Origin: an uncultured Lentisphaerales bacterium
Lineage (GTDB): Bacteria; Verrucomicrobiota; Lentisphaeria; JABSQK01; UBA12247
DNA: 46,343 nt
Direction: 5' to 3'
Assembly: GCA_943788985.1 (NCBI GenBank)
Contig: CALSSJ010000019.1
Coordinates: 1 to 46,343, forward strand
The position numbers and the translations under genes are program-made. The notes under the pieces were generated by a model, which was given only the letters and a program-made list of their open reading frames with translations, was not told the DNA's origin and made no database searches. Each line of letters starts with the position of its first letter. Position 1 is the stretch's first letter. Shown here one piece after another: positions 9,740 through 22,000 of this stretch.

Positions 9740-10086
9740 GCATTTTGCCTGACCGCACGTTCCTGTTGTTTTGAATAAAAGGGGAGGGCGTTGGTGGAAT
9801 GTCATGAGAATCGTGACGCTCAGTGGAGCAGGATGCTGTTGTTCAGCCTGGGCTCCTGTCGGCCGCGTCCTTCGGGCAGAGGGGCAGAACATTAAAATAT
9901 CATTTCAGTTAAATCATGGTGACCCGGCTGGCGTTGAGGGAGAGAACGGCTAGGTTTGAAGGGTAGGAATGTGTCATTCGAGTCGGGGACGCCGATTTGA
10001 AATCTGGCAGTTTCGGGGAGTTCCTGAAAATTTTCTCTCGGTCCCAAATTACTTTTGTGCACGTGACGTGAAGTTGGAGTGGTGAT

Positions 10087-13000
10087 GTGAGGGCAAGAGC
10101 TGTAGCAAAGTTCGGGGCGGCCAGGGGCGTCAAGCGTTGGGTTCAGTTGGCAATCTGGGCCGCTGTGGTCTGCGTTTGGAATGTCACTGCGCAGCAGATT
10201 GAGTTCCGCAGCCCTACTTCTGCAACCAGTAGCGAGGCCACAAGCAATCATGACGTGGTGATTGAGTTAACCTCGGGCGGCGCGTTGGGAAGCGATCTGT
10301 TTTTCGATGTGACGGATTTACTTTCTGGGGCTGCCGAGAGCGCCACGGATTACACCGCGCTTGCTGCGCCCACCACGCTCACTTTTTCCGCTGGCTCAGT
10401 TAACGGCGATACCGTGGTCGTCTCCATTCCGGTCATTCAGGACACAGATGTGGAGGGCGCCGAGGCCGTCGACTTGCGCTTATCCAATCCCAGCTTTGGC
10501 GCGCTCGGTACGCAGACCAACCACACGGCCACGATCACGGATGACGAGACCTTGGGCAGAGTTGGGTTTCAATCGGCGACGAGTTCGACGATTGATGAGT
10601 TCACGGCAACCACTGACGTTGTCCTTGTTCTGAGCCTGGCCTCCGGTTCGCTCGCGGAGGATGCGATCGTGAACGTGACGGACCAACTAACTGGCGCTGC
10701 CGCGTCAGGCACTGACTACGGGGCGCTAGCCACGCCGGTCACACTCACATTCTCGGCGGGATCCATCAACGGCGCCACAATTGTGGTCCCGATTGGTGTG
10801 ATTGACGATGCTACGACTGAGGGAAATGAGTCCATTGATCTCGCGATCTCGGCTGTCTCCGGTTCGGCGTCTGCAGGTGCTCAAACGAGCCATGAGTTCA
10901 GGATCACCGACGACGACAATCCGTTTGTTGCGTTCGAAACGTCCAACTCCTCGCGCACCGAGGATACTGTTGTCCATCCCGTAATGATTCGTCTCACCTT
11001 GCCGTTCGGCGGCACCATCCCGACCGACCTCTTTGTAGACGTCACAGACATTGCTGGCGATACAGCTACGAGTGGCACCGATTATGCTAATTTTGGTTCA
11101 CCGTTGACCGTATCCTTTCCTGCCGGCTCGCCGGACACCACGACGGCTGTCGTATCGATTCCCGTTCTGGAAGATCTGCTAGGGGAGGGGGACGAGACCA
11201 TCGACCTTCGCCTATCGAACGCAGTGGGGGGCGGTGGTGTTGTCCTCGGGGCTCCGACCAATCATAGGTTCACCATCCTCGATGATGAGGACGTCAGTGT
11301 GGAGTTTGCGGACTCTGCAACTGGCGTGGTCGAGAGTACGACCAGCCATGATGTCGTTTTGGTGCTGTCCGTTGACGGGGGCGGTACGATCGCGGACGAG
11401 GTGACTGTGGAGGTCACCGACCTACTTACCGGCACAGCTACTTCGGCCACGGACTACACGTCATTGGCTGTGCCGATCATTCTTACCTTTCCCGCTGGCT
11501 CTGCTGGCGGCGATACTGTGGTGGTCACAGTGCCAATCCTGGACGATATCCAGCTCGAAACCAGTGAAACCGTCAACCTGCAACTGGGCAATCCGAGCAA
11601 CGCAAGTCTGGGCGTAGTCACCAGCCATATTGTGACCATTTCGGATGACGACGTTGCGCCAAGCATCAATTTTGACTCGTCCAGTAGCGCGACTGCGAAT
11701 GAGAGCACGGGAAACCATGCTGTCGTGCTTGTCCTTTCCATGCCCAGCGGAACCCTGGGGGCGGATGCGACTGCGGACATCACAGACTTGCTCACAGGCA
11801 CTGCGGATAGTGGGACGGATTACACGACTCTTGCTTCGCCGATCACCGTAACCTTCAGCGCTGGCAGTGCCGATGGAGCGACTGTTGTGGTGAATATCCC
11901 GGTTCAGAATGATTTGGTTGTTGAAGGTGGTGAGACCGTAGATTTGAACCTCTCCAACCCTACTGGTGGCGCAGTGATCGGTGCCGTGGATACCCACGAA
12001 GCCACGATCACAGATGACGATGTGGTGACCGTCAACTTTGCGTCCGGATCCAGTAGCGTGAACGAAGCGAATACAACGCAGGATGTGGTTGTGGCGCTGT
12101 CTATCCCGGGCGGCGGTACTCTCGATGCCCCGTGGACTGTTGACGTCTTGGACCTCGGTGGCGGCACGGCGGCTAACGGTTTGGATTACACCGCGATCAG
12201 CAGTCCTGTCACCGTTACTTTCCCAGCTGCTGCGGCTGATGGTGCCACCGTTGTGGTATCGGTCACCATTTTGGATGACCCGACCATTGAAGCCACGGAG
12301 ACCATCGATCTAGTTCTGGCCAACTCCAGCTCGCCATTAGCGCTTGGCACGACGACAACCCATAGCATTTCCATCCTCGATGACGATGCCGCCTCCATCA
12401 GTTTCCAGTCTGGCAGCAGTTCGGTTAACGAAGGCAATACGACCCAAGATGTCATTGTTGTTCTGAGCATTTCGGGGCCGACACCGGTCGACATCACCTT
12501 TGAGGTCACGGATTTACTGAGCGGCAGTGCAGCTAATGGGACCGACTACACAACCTTGGCTAGCCCGGTGACTCTGACGTTTCTGGCGGGTTCTGCCAAT
12601 GGTGACACCCAGATTGTGCCGGTCGGTATACTTCAGGATGCAACCACGGAAAGCGACGAAACGATCGTTCTTGAATTGGGCAACCCGAGTGGCGCCGCAA
12701 CTCTTGGTACCTCGACCGAGCACATCGTGACGATCGTAGACGACGATCAGGCCTTGGTCGAATTTCAGTCGGCGACGAGCAGCATCGGCGAAAGCGCTGG
12801 GACTCTGTTTGTGGTTGTCGAACTGAGCGGAGGCACGGCGCTGCCAGCGGATGTCACTGTGGATGTCGCCGACCAGTTTTCGGGGACAGCGGCCAGCGAT
12901 ACGGACTACACTGCGATTGGTACGCCACAGGCAGTCACCTTTCCAAGCGGCAGTAATCCAGGGGATACCCAGGTTGTTTCGATACCGATCACACCTGATA

Positions 13001-16000
13001 CGCTTGTCGAGGGAAGCGAGACGCTAAATTTGGCGCTCAGTAATGTGGCCGGGCCTGGTGTGATTGGGAGTCAGACGATCCACGTTTCCACTATCACGGA
13101 TGACGACTTCGCTTCGTTGACCTTCCAGGCCAGCACCAGCTCTGTCGGCGAAGCAAACACTACACACAACGTCGTGGTTACCTTGCAATTGCCCAGTGGG
13201 ACCTTGCCCGCTGATACCACTGTCGACATCGCAGATCTTGGGAGTGGAACTGCTACAACAGCCACCGATTATACCTTCAGTACGCCGATTACAGTGACCT
13301 TTGCGTCGGGGGCAGCCGATGGGACAACTGTGGTCATTGCGATCGGTATCCTTGGTGATGTCGCGACGGAGGATAACGAGACGATCGCTCTGCAATTGCA
13401 GAATCCATCAGTACTTGGGGCACTCGGGGCGACGTCCAATCATGTCGTCTCGATCACGGATGATGATGCCCCGACAGTCACTTTTCAGTCTGGTGCCAGC
13501 TCGGTCGACGAAGCAAACACAACACACAACATTGTCGTCGTGCTCAACACGCCCAGTGCCCTGCCAGCAGACGTCACCATTGACGTCTCTGATGCACTCT
13601 CCGGCTCTGCCACCAGCGCGACTGACTACGCTGCGTTTGCGGGGCTAACCGTAACCTTTTCCTCGGGAGCTACTGACGGTGAGACACAAGCGGTCCCGAT
13701 TTCGATCTTGGACGATGCGGCTGGCGAAGGGCTGGAGGTGATTGACTTTCAGCTCAGCAATCCGACCGGACTCCTGACTTTGGGAGCCACCACTGAGCAT
13801 GTGGTGACGATTGTTGATGACGAGGTGGCGATCATTGAGTTCCAGTCTGCCACCAGTTCCAATACGGAAGACGGGTTGATCCTGACCGTGGTCGTTGAGA
13901 TTTCGAGCGGCTCTGCTGCCACGGATGCGACTGTTGACGTGACCGATCTCCTGACGGGGTCTGCCACCAGCGCTACGGACTACACGGCGCTGCCAGTTCC
14001 GGTGACAGTGACCTTTCCGGCTGGGGCTGCGCCTGGAACCACGAGGCATGTTGTCATTACGCTGCTGGACGATGTGCTGTTCGAGCCGAACGAGACAATC
14101 GACCTCTTGATGTCCAATCCCACGGGGCCCGCATCACTCGGGGCAACAACACCCCATCAGGCAACGATCATTGATGACGACACCGCAAACTTCACCTTCA
14201 CAACGTCGGCCAGCAGCGTGACCGAGGCTGCTACTACGCAATTCATTGTCGTCGAGCTGGAACTCCCGGGCGGCGGCCCGCTGCCGTCTGATTTCACTGT
14301 GGATGTCGCCGACATAGGCGGTGGCTCAGCAACTTCGGGGACGGACTATGGGGCGACGGGCTTGCTCACCCTTACCTTCGCTGCAGGTACGGCGACAGGG
14401 GCCACCCAAGTCATCCCATTGGGCATCATTGACGATGCGTTACTTGAATCGAGCGAGACTGTAAACCTGCGCCTCAGCAACCCGAGTTCGCCAGGGCAGA
14501 TTGGCGCGACCAGCAATCACGTCATTACCATCGTCGATGATGATTTCAACGGGACCGTTGAGTTCCAGAGCGCCACCAGCGCTTCAGCTGGCGAATCCGG
14601 AACCATTGCTGTTGTGGTCGAGCTCATGACCACAGGTGGCGTCGCACCCGCAGACATCGTCGTGAGCATCACCGATCTACTGACTGGCAGTGCCACCAGT
14701 GCGACCGATTACAGCGCACTGGCCAGCCCGATTACGCTTACCTTTGCGGCCGGCGCAAATAATGGCGATACCCTCACGTTCCCGATCAACATTCTCCCTG
14801 ATGCACTTACGGAAGGCCATGAGTCCGTAGACCTGCGCATCACCGGCGTGAGTGGGCCAGCGTCTGTGGGGTCCACAAGCAACCATCAGGTCACCATCAG
14901 CGACGACGACGGGTCGTTTGTCGCCTTCCAGTCCTCTGCCAGCAGCGTCGGCGAAGCCGATACCACGCACAACGTGGTGGTGGAACTGACCATTCCTTCA
15001 GGCACACCGCTGACCGGTCCGCTGACCGTAGACGTGACCGATCTGTTGACTGGCAGCGCGACCAGCGCGATCGACTTCAGCGCAATCGCCGCACCAGTTT
15101 CGGTCGTCTTTCCCGCTGCTTCCGGCAGCGGGGCGACCCAAGTCGTGCCGATCTCTATTCTGCAGGACTCGGTCCTCGAAGGCAGCGAAACCATTAATCT
15201 ACAACTCTCCAATGTGGTCACGGCCGATGGCGTTGTCCTAGGGGCGCCCACCGATCACACCGTCACCATCCTAGACGATGAAAACGACGGCACAGTTGAC
15301 TTCCAGTTGATCGCCAGCTCGATCAACGAAAACAACGTCTTGCATTTCATCGGCATGATTCTGAGTTTGGATGGTGGCGTTACTCTTGGCAATGAGGTCA
15401 CTGTCGAGGTAAGCGACCTGCTGAGCGGAACGGCCACGGCAGGGACCGATTTTACCGCGGTTGGCACCCAGACACTCAGTTTCCCGGTCGGGTCCACCAG
15501 TGGCACCGGGCTGTTTCTCCAGATTCCAATTTTGGATGACACCATCGGTGAACCGGATGAAACGATCGACCTGGCCTTGACTGCGGTCAGCGGACCTGCC
15601 GCGCTTGGCCCACAGACCGCACACGAAGTCACCATTCTGGACAACGACGGCATCGCGACCTTCCAGCTCAGCAGCAGCAACATCACCGAGACCAACACCG
15701 TCCACACTGTCATTGTCGAGCTGGTGGCGAGTGCGGCGCTGGTCGCCGATGGCTATATCGAAGTCACAGATCTTGGCACAGGCAGCGCCACAAGTGGCTC
15801 GGATTATGCGGCGCTGGTGAGCCCTGTGATTTTGACCTTTGCCGCCGGCTCCACGTCCGGAGCCACGCAGGTCGTCTCGATCACCATTCAGAACGATACC
15901 TACACCGAGGGCGACGAGACCATCAACCTGCGCCTTGCCAGTTCGGGGACACTCGGCGTCGGCAACACCAGCAATCACACGGTCACCATCAACGACGATG

Positions 16001-19000
16001 AAAGCGACCCGATCGTTCAGTTCCAGAACAGCGCCTCAAACCTAACCGAGGCCACGACCACCCAGAATGTCATCCTCGAGTTGACCTTGCCCAGTGGTGG
16101 TACGCTGGGGAATAACCTGACGCTCGATGTCAGTGACTTACTCACCGGTAACGCTACCAGCGGCACCGACTATGCGGCGCTGGCCATCCCTGAGACGGTG
16201 ACCTTCCCGGCAGGCACGGCCACAGCAGCCACGGCCGTGATCGGCGTCCCGGTGATTAATGATTTTATCATCGAAGGCGACGAAACCGTCGACCTGCGTA
16301 TGAGTAATCCGACGTTCGGCGCTCTGGGCAGTACCACCAATCACATCATCACCATCAATGATGGTGAGTTCGCCAGCATCGGCTACCGCACCGCCACATC
16401 GAGCGTCGGCGAGGCAACGACCACACACAGTGTCATCATCGACCTGACGATTACCGGTGCTGGTGCCTTGGCCACCGATTTGGTCATCAGCTACAGCGAT
16501 CTTCTCACCGGCACCGCGGCCAGCACCAGCGATTACACCGCGATCTCCACCACACAAGTCACCTTTGTGGCGGGAACCGGGACCAGCCAAACTGTGGTCG
16601 TCTCGATCCCGGTCCTAGACGACCCCCTGGTGGAGGGCGATGAGACCATTAACTTGGATCTGCAAGTGGTATCGGGCTCCGCCACCGCGACGACCACCCA
16701 GCACGCCGTTACCCTTTTCGACGACGAAGCTGGTGGCACCATCAACCTCCAATCGCCGGCCAGCTCTACCACCGAGGCGAACCCAATTCACTTTGTGGGC
16801 GTCGTCCTGAGCTTGGCGGGTGGCACCACACTTGGGCAGCCTGTCGTGGTCGAAGTCACCGATCAGCTGACTGGAACTGCCACAAGCGCGACCGACTACA
16901 CAGCCCTGGCAACCCCAATCATCCTAATCTTCCCAGTTGGCTCAAGCAGCGGGACCGCGCTTTTCTTTGACATCGCTCCAGTCGATGATCTGATCGGCGA
17001 GGGCGACGAGACCATTGATCTCGCCTTTACGTCCATCACCGGGCCCGCCACTGCGGGTTTGCAGACCTCGCATACGGCGACCATTCTCGATGACGACACC
17101 GGCGTCTCCTTGGTGCTCGGCACCAGCAGTGTTGCGGAGTCCACAACTACGCATTCCGTGATTGTCACCCTGACCATCGGCACCGGGACACTGGCGGCAG
17201 ATGCCACCGTACAGATCACCGATCTGGGAACCGGATCAGCGACAGCTGGAACCGACTATACTGCCATTGGAACCGTAACCGTGACGTTCGCGGCAGGCAG
17301 TGCCGATGGAGCCACGCAGGTGGTCAGCATTCCGATTCTGGATGACCTCGGCATGGAAGGCAGCGAGACTATCAATCTCCAGCTTCAGAATGCTACAGGC
17401 CCGCCGAACCTTGGGGCCACGACCTCGCACGTGGTGACGATCACAGACGATGACTTCCCGTCTGTTGCCTTCCAAAGCGCCGCCACAACCAAGAGTGAGA
17501 GCGGCTCCCCCCATTCCATCGTCGTGGTCGTGACCACGCCAGAAGGCCTAACCACGAGCCCGTTGACCGTGCAAGTGAGTGATCTGCTGACGGGAACCGC
17601 GACCAGCAATACGGACTACAGCACCTTTGCCACTGCGACCCTGACCTTTCCGACGGGAAGCGCCTCGGGGGACACGCAAGTCACCACCTTGACCGTGACC
17701 GACGACACAGATGACGAATCCGCCGAGACAGTTGACTTTCTCCTCGCCAGCGTCAGCGGTGGGCCCAATGGCATACTCGGGGCCACGACCACCCACACGG
17801 TCACGATCCTCGATAACGACGGCCTCGCCGTCGTCAAATCTGTCTCAACGACCAATCAGGCCCACACCACTGGGAGCGCGGTGACCATCGGCGAGATCGT
17901 TACTTACTCCTACGTCGTCACGATCCCGGAGACTGCGTCCACCTTCAACTTGCGCAGTATCGACACGCTGCCAGCCAATTTTACGTATGAGGCAGGTACC
18001 GTCTCGGTCACGACTGGCAACGCTGGCATGTCTATTGCCAGCACTGTCACCACCTGGACGCAGCCAACCCTACAGATTGACCTGACCACCGTTGCCAACC
18101 CAGCCAACGGCGACGGCTCCGACGACTTCCTGACCGTCACCTACCAGGCTCTAGTTGCGAACACCGCCACCAACGAAGCCGGCCAGAGCAAGACCAACAC
18201 TGTACAGGTGACAGACTTCAGCAATACGGTCAGCGATTCCACCACGGTGACCATCGTCGAGCCAGATGTCAGCGTCACCAAAACCGTGGCCGACATCACG
18301 CGCTGCGATGGAGTCGCCAGCATCGTCACCCTTGGCGACGTCCTCGAATACAGCCTGGTCGTGACCGAGACCACTGGTATCGACGCCTTCGACCTCAGCA
18401 TCACCGATCTCGTCGATGAAGGCCTTGCCTACGATACCTCGTTTACCCCGACGGTCACCGGCACCGGAAATACCATAAGCGCAGCCACCACCAGTGGAAC
18501 CGGCGGAGTGGGCGATCCGCAAACCATTACCTGGAGCCTGGCGCTGGCCAACGCCGACATCGACGTCGAGCCAAGCAGCAGCATCACCATCACCTACCGG
18601 GTGACCGTGCTCGCCACTGCCACCCCGAGTGCCACGCTCAACAACACCGCCACCATCGGCTTCTCGTCGATCGACGGCACCGATGCGAATGAGCGGTCCA
18701 ACGCCAGCGCCCCCGGCACCAATGATTACCAGGACCAGGCGAGCATCCCGGTCAGCGTCAAGCCAACTGGAACCACCCACAGCATCCCCGCATCCCGCCG
18801 CCGTAATCCGACCTTCATCGATGCCGCTGGCAACATTACGGGGCCTGGCGGGCCGGGTGTATTGACCGCAAATGACACCTTATCGTTGACCGATGGCTCG
18901 GGCGTGACCATTACCGGGGATGGTATTTCCGGCCCGCCCCCAGCAGGTGCGCCAGATGTGACCGTGGTCGCTGGTGCCACTGCGACCATCAATACCGACG

Positions 19001-22000
19001 GCACGGCCAGTTTCAACTATGGCGTCGTGACCATCAATGCCGGAGCGACGCTGACGATCACCGGGGATACAGCGATCAGCTTCGAGCAGATCCAGATGTT
19101 GAGCGGCTCCACATTGATTCTCCCCGACAGCACGACTCTGACCGTCACCGGCCCCTGCGAACTGAACGGTGGCGTCGGCACCGCCAACTACGTCACCATC
19201 CGGGCCGCTGGCACGGGCCCGCTCAGCATCAACTTCCAATGTTCGTTCACCGGCGACCACTTTCGGATCGAGGATATCGGCACTGGCACCATTACCTTTG
19301 ATGGCGACACCCAGATCGACTACGCCATCTTTGTCGATGGCTGCCTTGGCGGTGCTTACATCCAGTACAACGACAGCGATGACGTCACTTGGACCAATCT
19401 GGCATTTCATTGCGATTGTACGCCCACCAAGAGCACGATCGCAACGGGTGCCGCTGGCGGTAACGTCACCGTAGACGGCTACGCCCAAACCATCGCCACG
19501 CTTTGGTGCGGCGGGGATGCCAGCGACAGTGAGACCGGCGGTGTCGTCAGCTGGCTCAACGCCACACCGATTCGTGACCTCGCAGGCTCGCTCGAAGCCG
19601 CTGCCGACGGCGGTGTGACTGTGATCTGGCATACGGTCCAAGAAACCATGGTCGCTCACTTCCGCGTCGAGCGTCAGCGTGCCGCTGCGAACTCCGCAAC
19701 CTTCACCGAAGTCGGTCGCGTCTTCGCCACCGCCGAGGAGTTTGGCAATGCGGACTACGCATTCCTGGATCGCAGCGCCGAGCCTGGCGTCGCCTATCGC
19801 TATCGCATCAACGTCATCGATACCGACGGCACCCATCGCTGGTACGACCTTGGCGAGGCCAGCGCTTCCCGCAAAGCCGCACCCGCACCACGCCGTGCCG
19901 AGCCGCGGGCAGACAACACCCCGATCGCCAGCTCCGTAACCGTCACGACTCCAGACTACGAAGTCGCGGGTTACGCGGCTGATACGCCTGCGCAGAGCGG
20001 AACTGCCAGTAAGGCTGCGGTCTCCGCAACAGGGCTCTACTCCGTCCCGGGCGGCGACCCCGTCTACAACTTTGGCACCCAGCTGCCACGCCTCGGTGAC
20101 AGCCAATCCTTCGTCTTCGTGCGTGAGGTCAGCGACTACTACACCGATTCCAACGTGATCTGGACCGGCCGACTCCAGACCGCTGGCGCAGCCTCCAGCG
20201 GGCCGGAGTTGGGCATTGACGGGACCCTCTCCATGGAGGGTTATATCGGGCGCCATCACGTCGAATCCAACCAGTCCTTCTCGGTGAACTCCAGCCTGCC
20301 TGCCGGACCGAACTGGTACTATCAGACCCGCATCAACACCGAATCCACGCTATCCGTCGACGTCGCGCTGCCTGCACCGACCGCTGGCACTGCCACGATT
20401 CGCGTTGCGATTCGCACCAATTCCGACATCGCCCACACCCTGACGATACGCTGCAACGACATCGTCCTCGGCACCGCGGACTGGTTCGGCAATGGGCATC
20501 GCCAGCTTGAAATGACATTCGCCGCCAGCACACTGCGCAGCGGCGACAACACCGTGACACTCAGCACCACCAACGCCACCAGCGAACATCGCCTCGATTG
20601 GATCGAGATCGATACGCCAACCGCGCTGTCAGTCGGAACCAGTGGCGTTACGGTGCAGGCCACGGAAGCCGTGGACTTCACACTGCCCGTCGGCAGTCTC
20701 GCCGTGGACGTCACCGCGTTTGGCAACGAGAGCATCTTGCCTGCCACCAATGGCGTCGTCACCATCCCAGCTGGCCACATCGTCCATGTTGCGAACACCG
20801 CAAAGAGCCTGACCTGGTCCAGCCCGACCACTCTCGTAACTCCAAGCCTGGCCTCCGTTCAGTACCTTGCCGTTGCCCCCGAGGCCTGGCTCGGCCGCCT
20901 CCAGCCGATTGTGAGCAAGCACGGCATGCGCACGTTGCTTATCTCGCTCGAAGACGTCAACGACATCTACGGCGCTGGCCTGTTCGGTCCCGGCGGGCTG
21001 GTCGGCCTGACCCAACGTGCCCAGGCTGACTACCTGCTGCTGGGTGCGGGCACGACCTACGACTATAAAAACTTCGAAGGCCGCGGCACGGATCTTGGGA
21101 TTCCAACGGGTTGGCTCCAAGTGCGTGAAGGCATGGCGGCAACCGATGACATCTACAGCGCAAACCTGACCACCGCCGTCGGCCGCCTCCCAGCTCGATC
21201 CAGCAATGAGCTGCTGAACATGGTGAACAAGATCGTTAATTTCAAGCCCACGCAGCGTGTGGTGCTGCTAGCCGATCGCGACGACAGTGAAGGTGGCGTC
21301 AACCGCTTCTCCGAAGCCCAGGCCTCCCTCCAAAATCTGGTGCCGACCGTCCTGATCGAGTCGGAGACACAGGACAGCGCAGCGGTTCGCAGCGACCTGA
21401 TCGCCGCGATTCAGTCTGGTGCCCGGACCGTAGCCTTTCAAGGCCATGCTGGCTTTCAGGAGATTGGAGATCGGTTCGTCGATGTCAACAACGCCTCTTC
21501 ATTCCCTACCAGCGCCTGGCTCTTGTCCACCTGTTTGACCGGTAGCTACTTCATCAACAGCAGCACCCCGACCCTGGCCCGTACGCTGATGAATACCCCG
21601 AACGCGGGTGGCGCGATGGTCATTGCCAGCACGCGTTTTGGCCACGCAGATTACGAGCATCAGATGATCACCAAGGCTCTCGAGATCATGGCCGCCGACG
21701 GTGGCACCTGGGGCCAGATCCTGCGGACTTTGAAGCGGGACCTGGATCACGAAACCCTAGCTGTGTTCCAGCTGTTTGGCGATCCTGCGATGGCCAGCTC
21801 TGCCGACGACGATCCGCGGTCGATCATTTTGCGGAGTCCGCAAGGCGGCAGCCTTGTCGGGGGCAACGGTCTCGTGACCATTGGCTTTGGCTTGCAGGGC
21901 GAAGGCTGGTGGGATGAGACCCTGCGGGTAAGCTATCGTCGAGATGGTGGCCCGTGGCTAACGATCCGCCAGCTCAACGCCGTACCTGGCCAGAGCGAGT

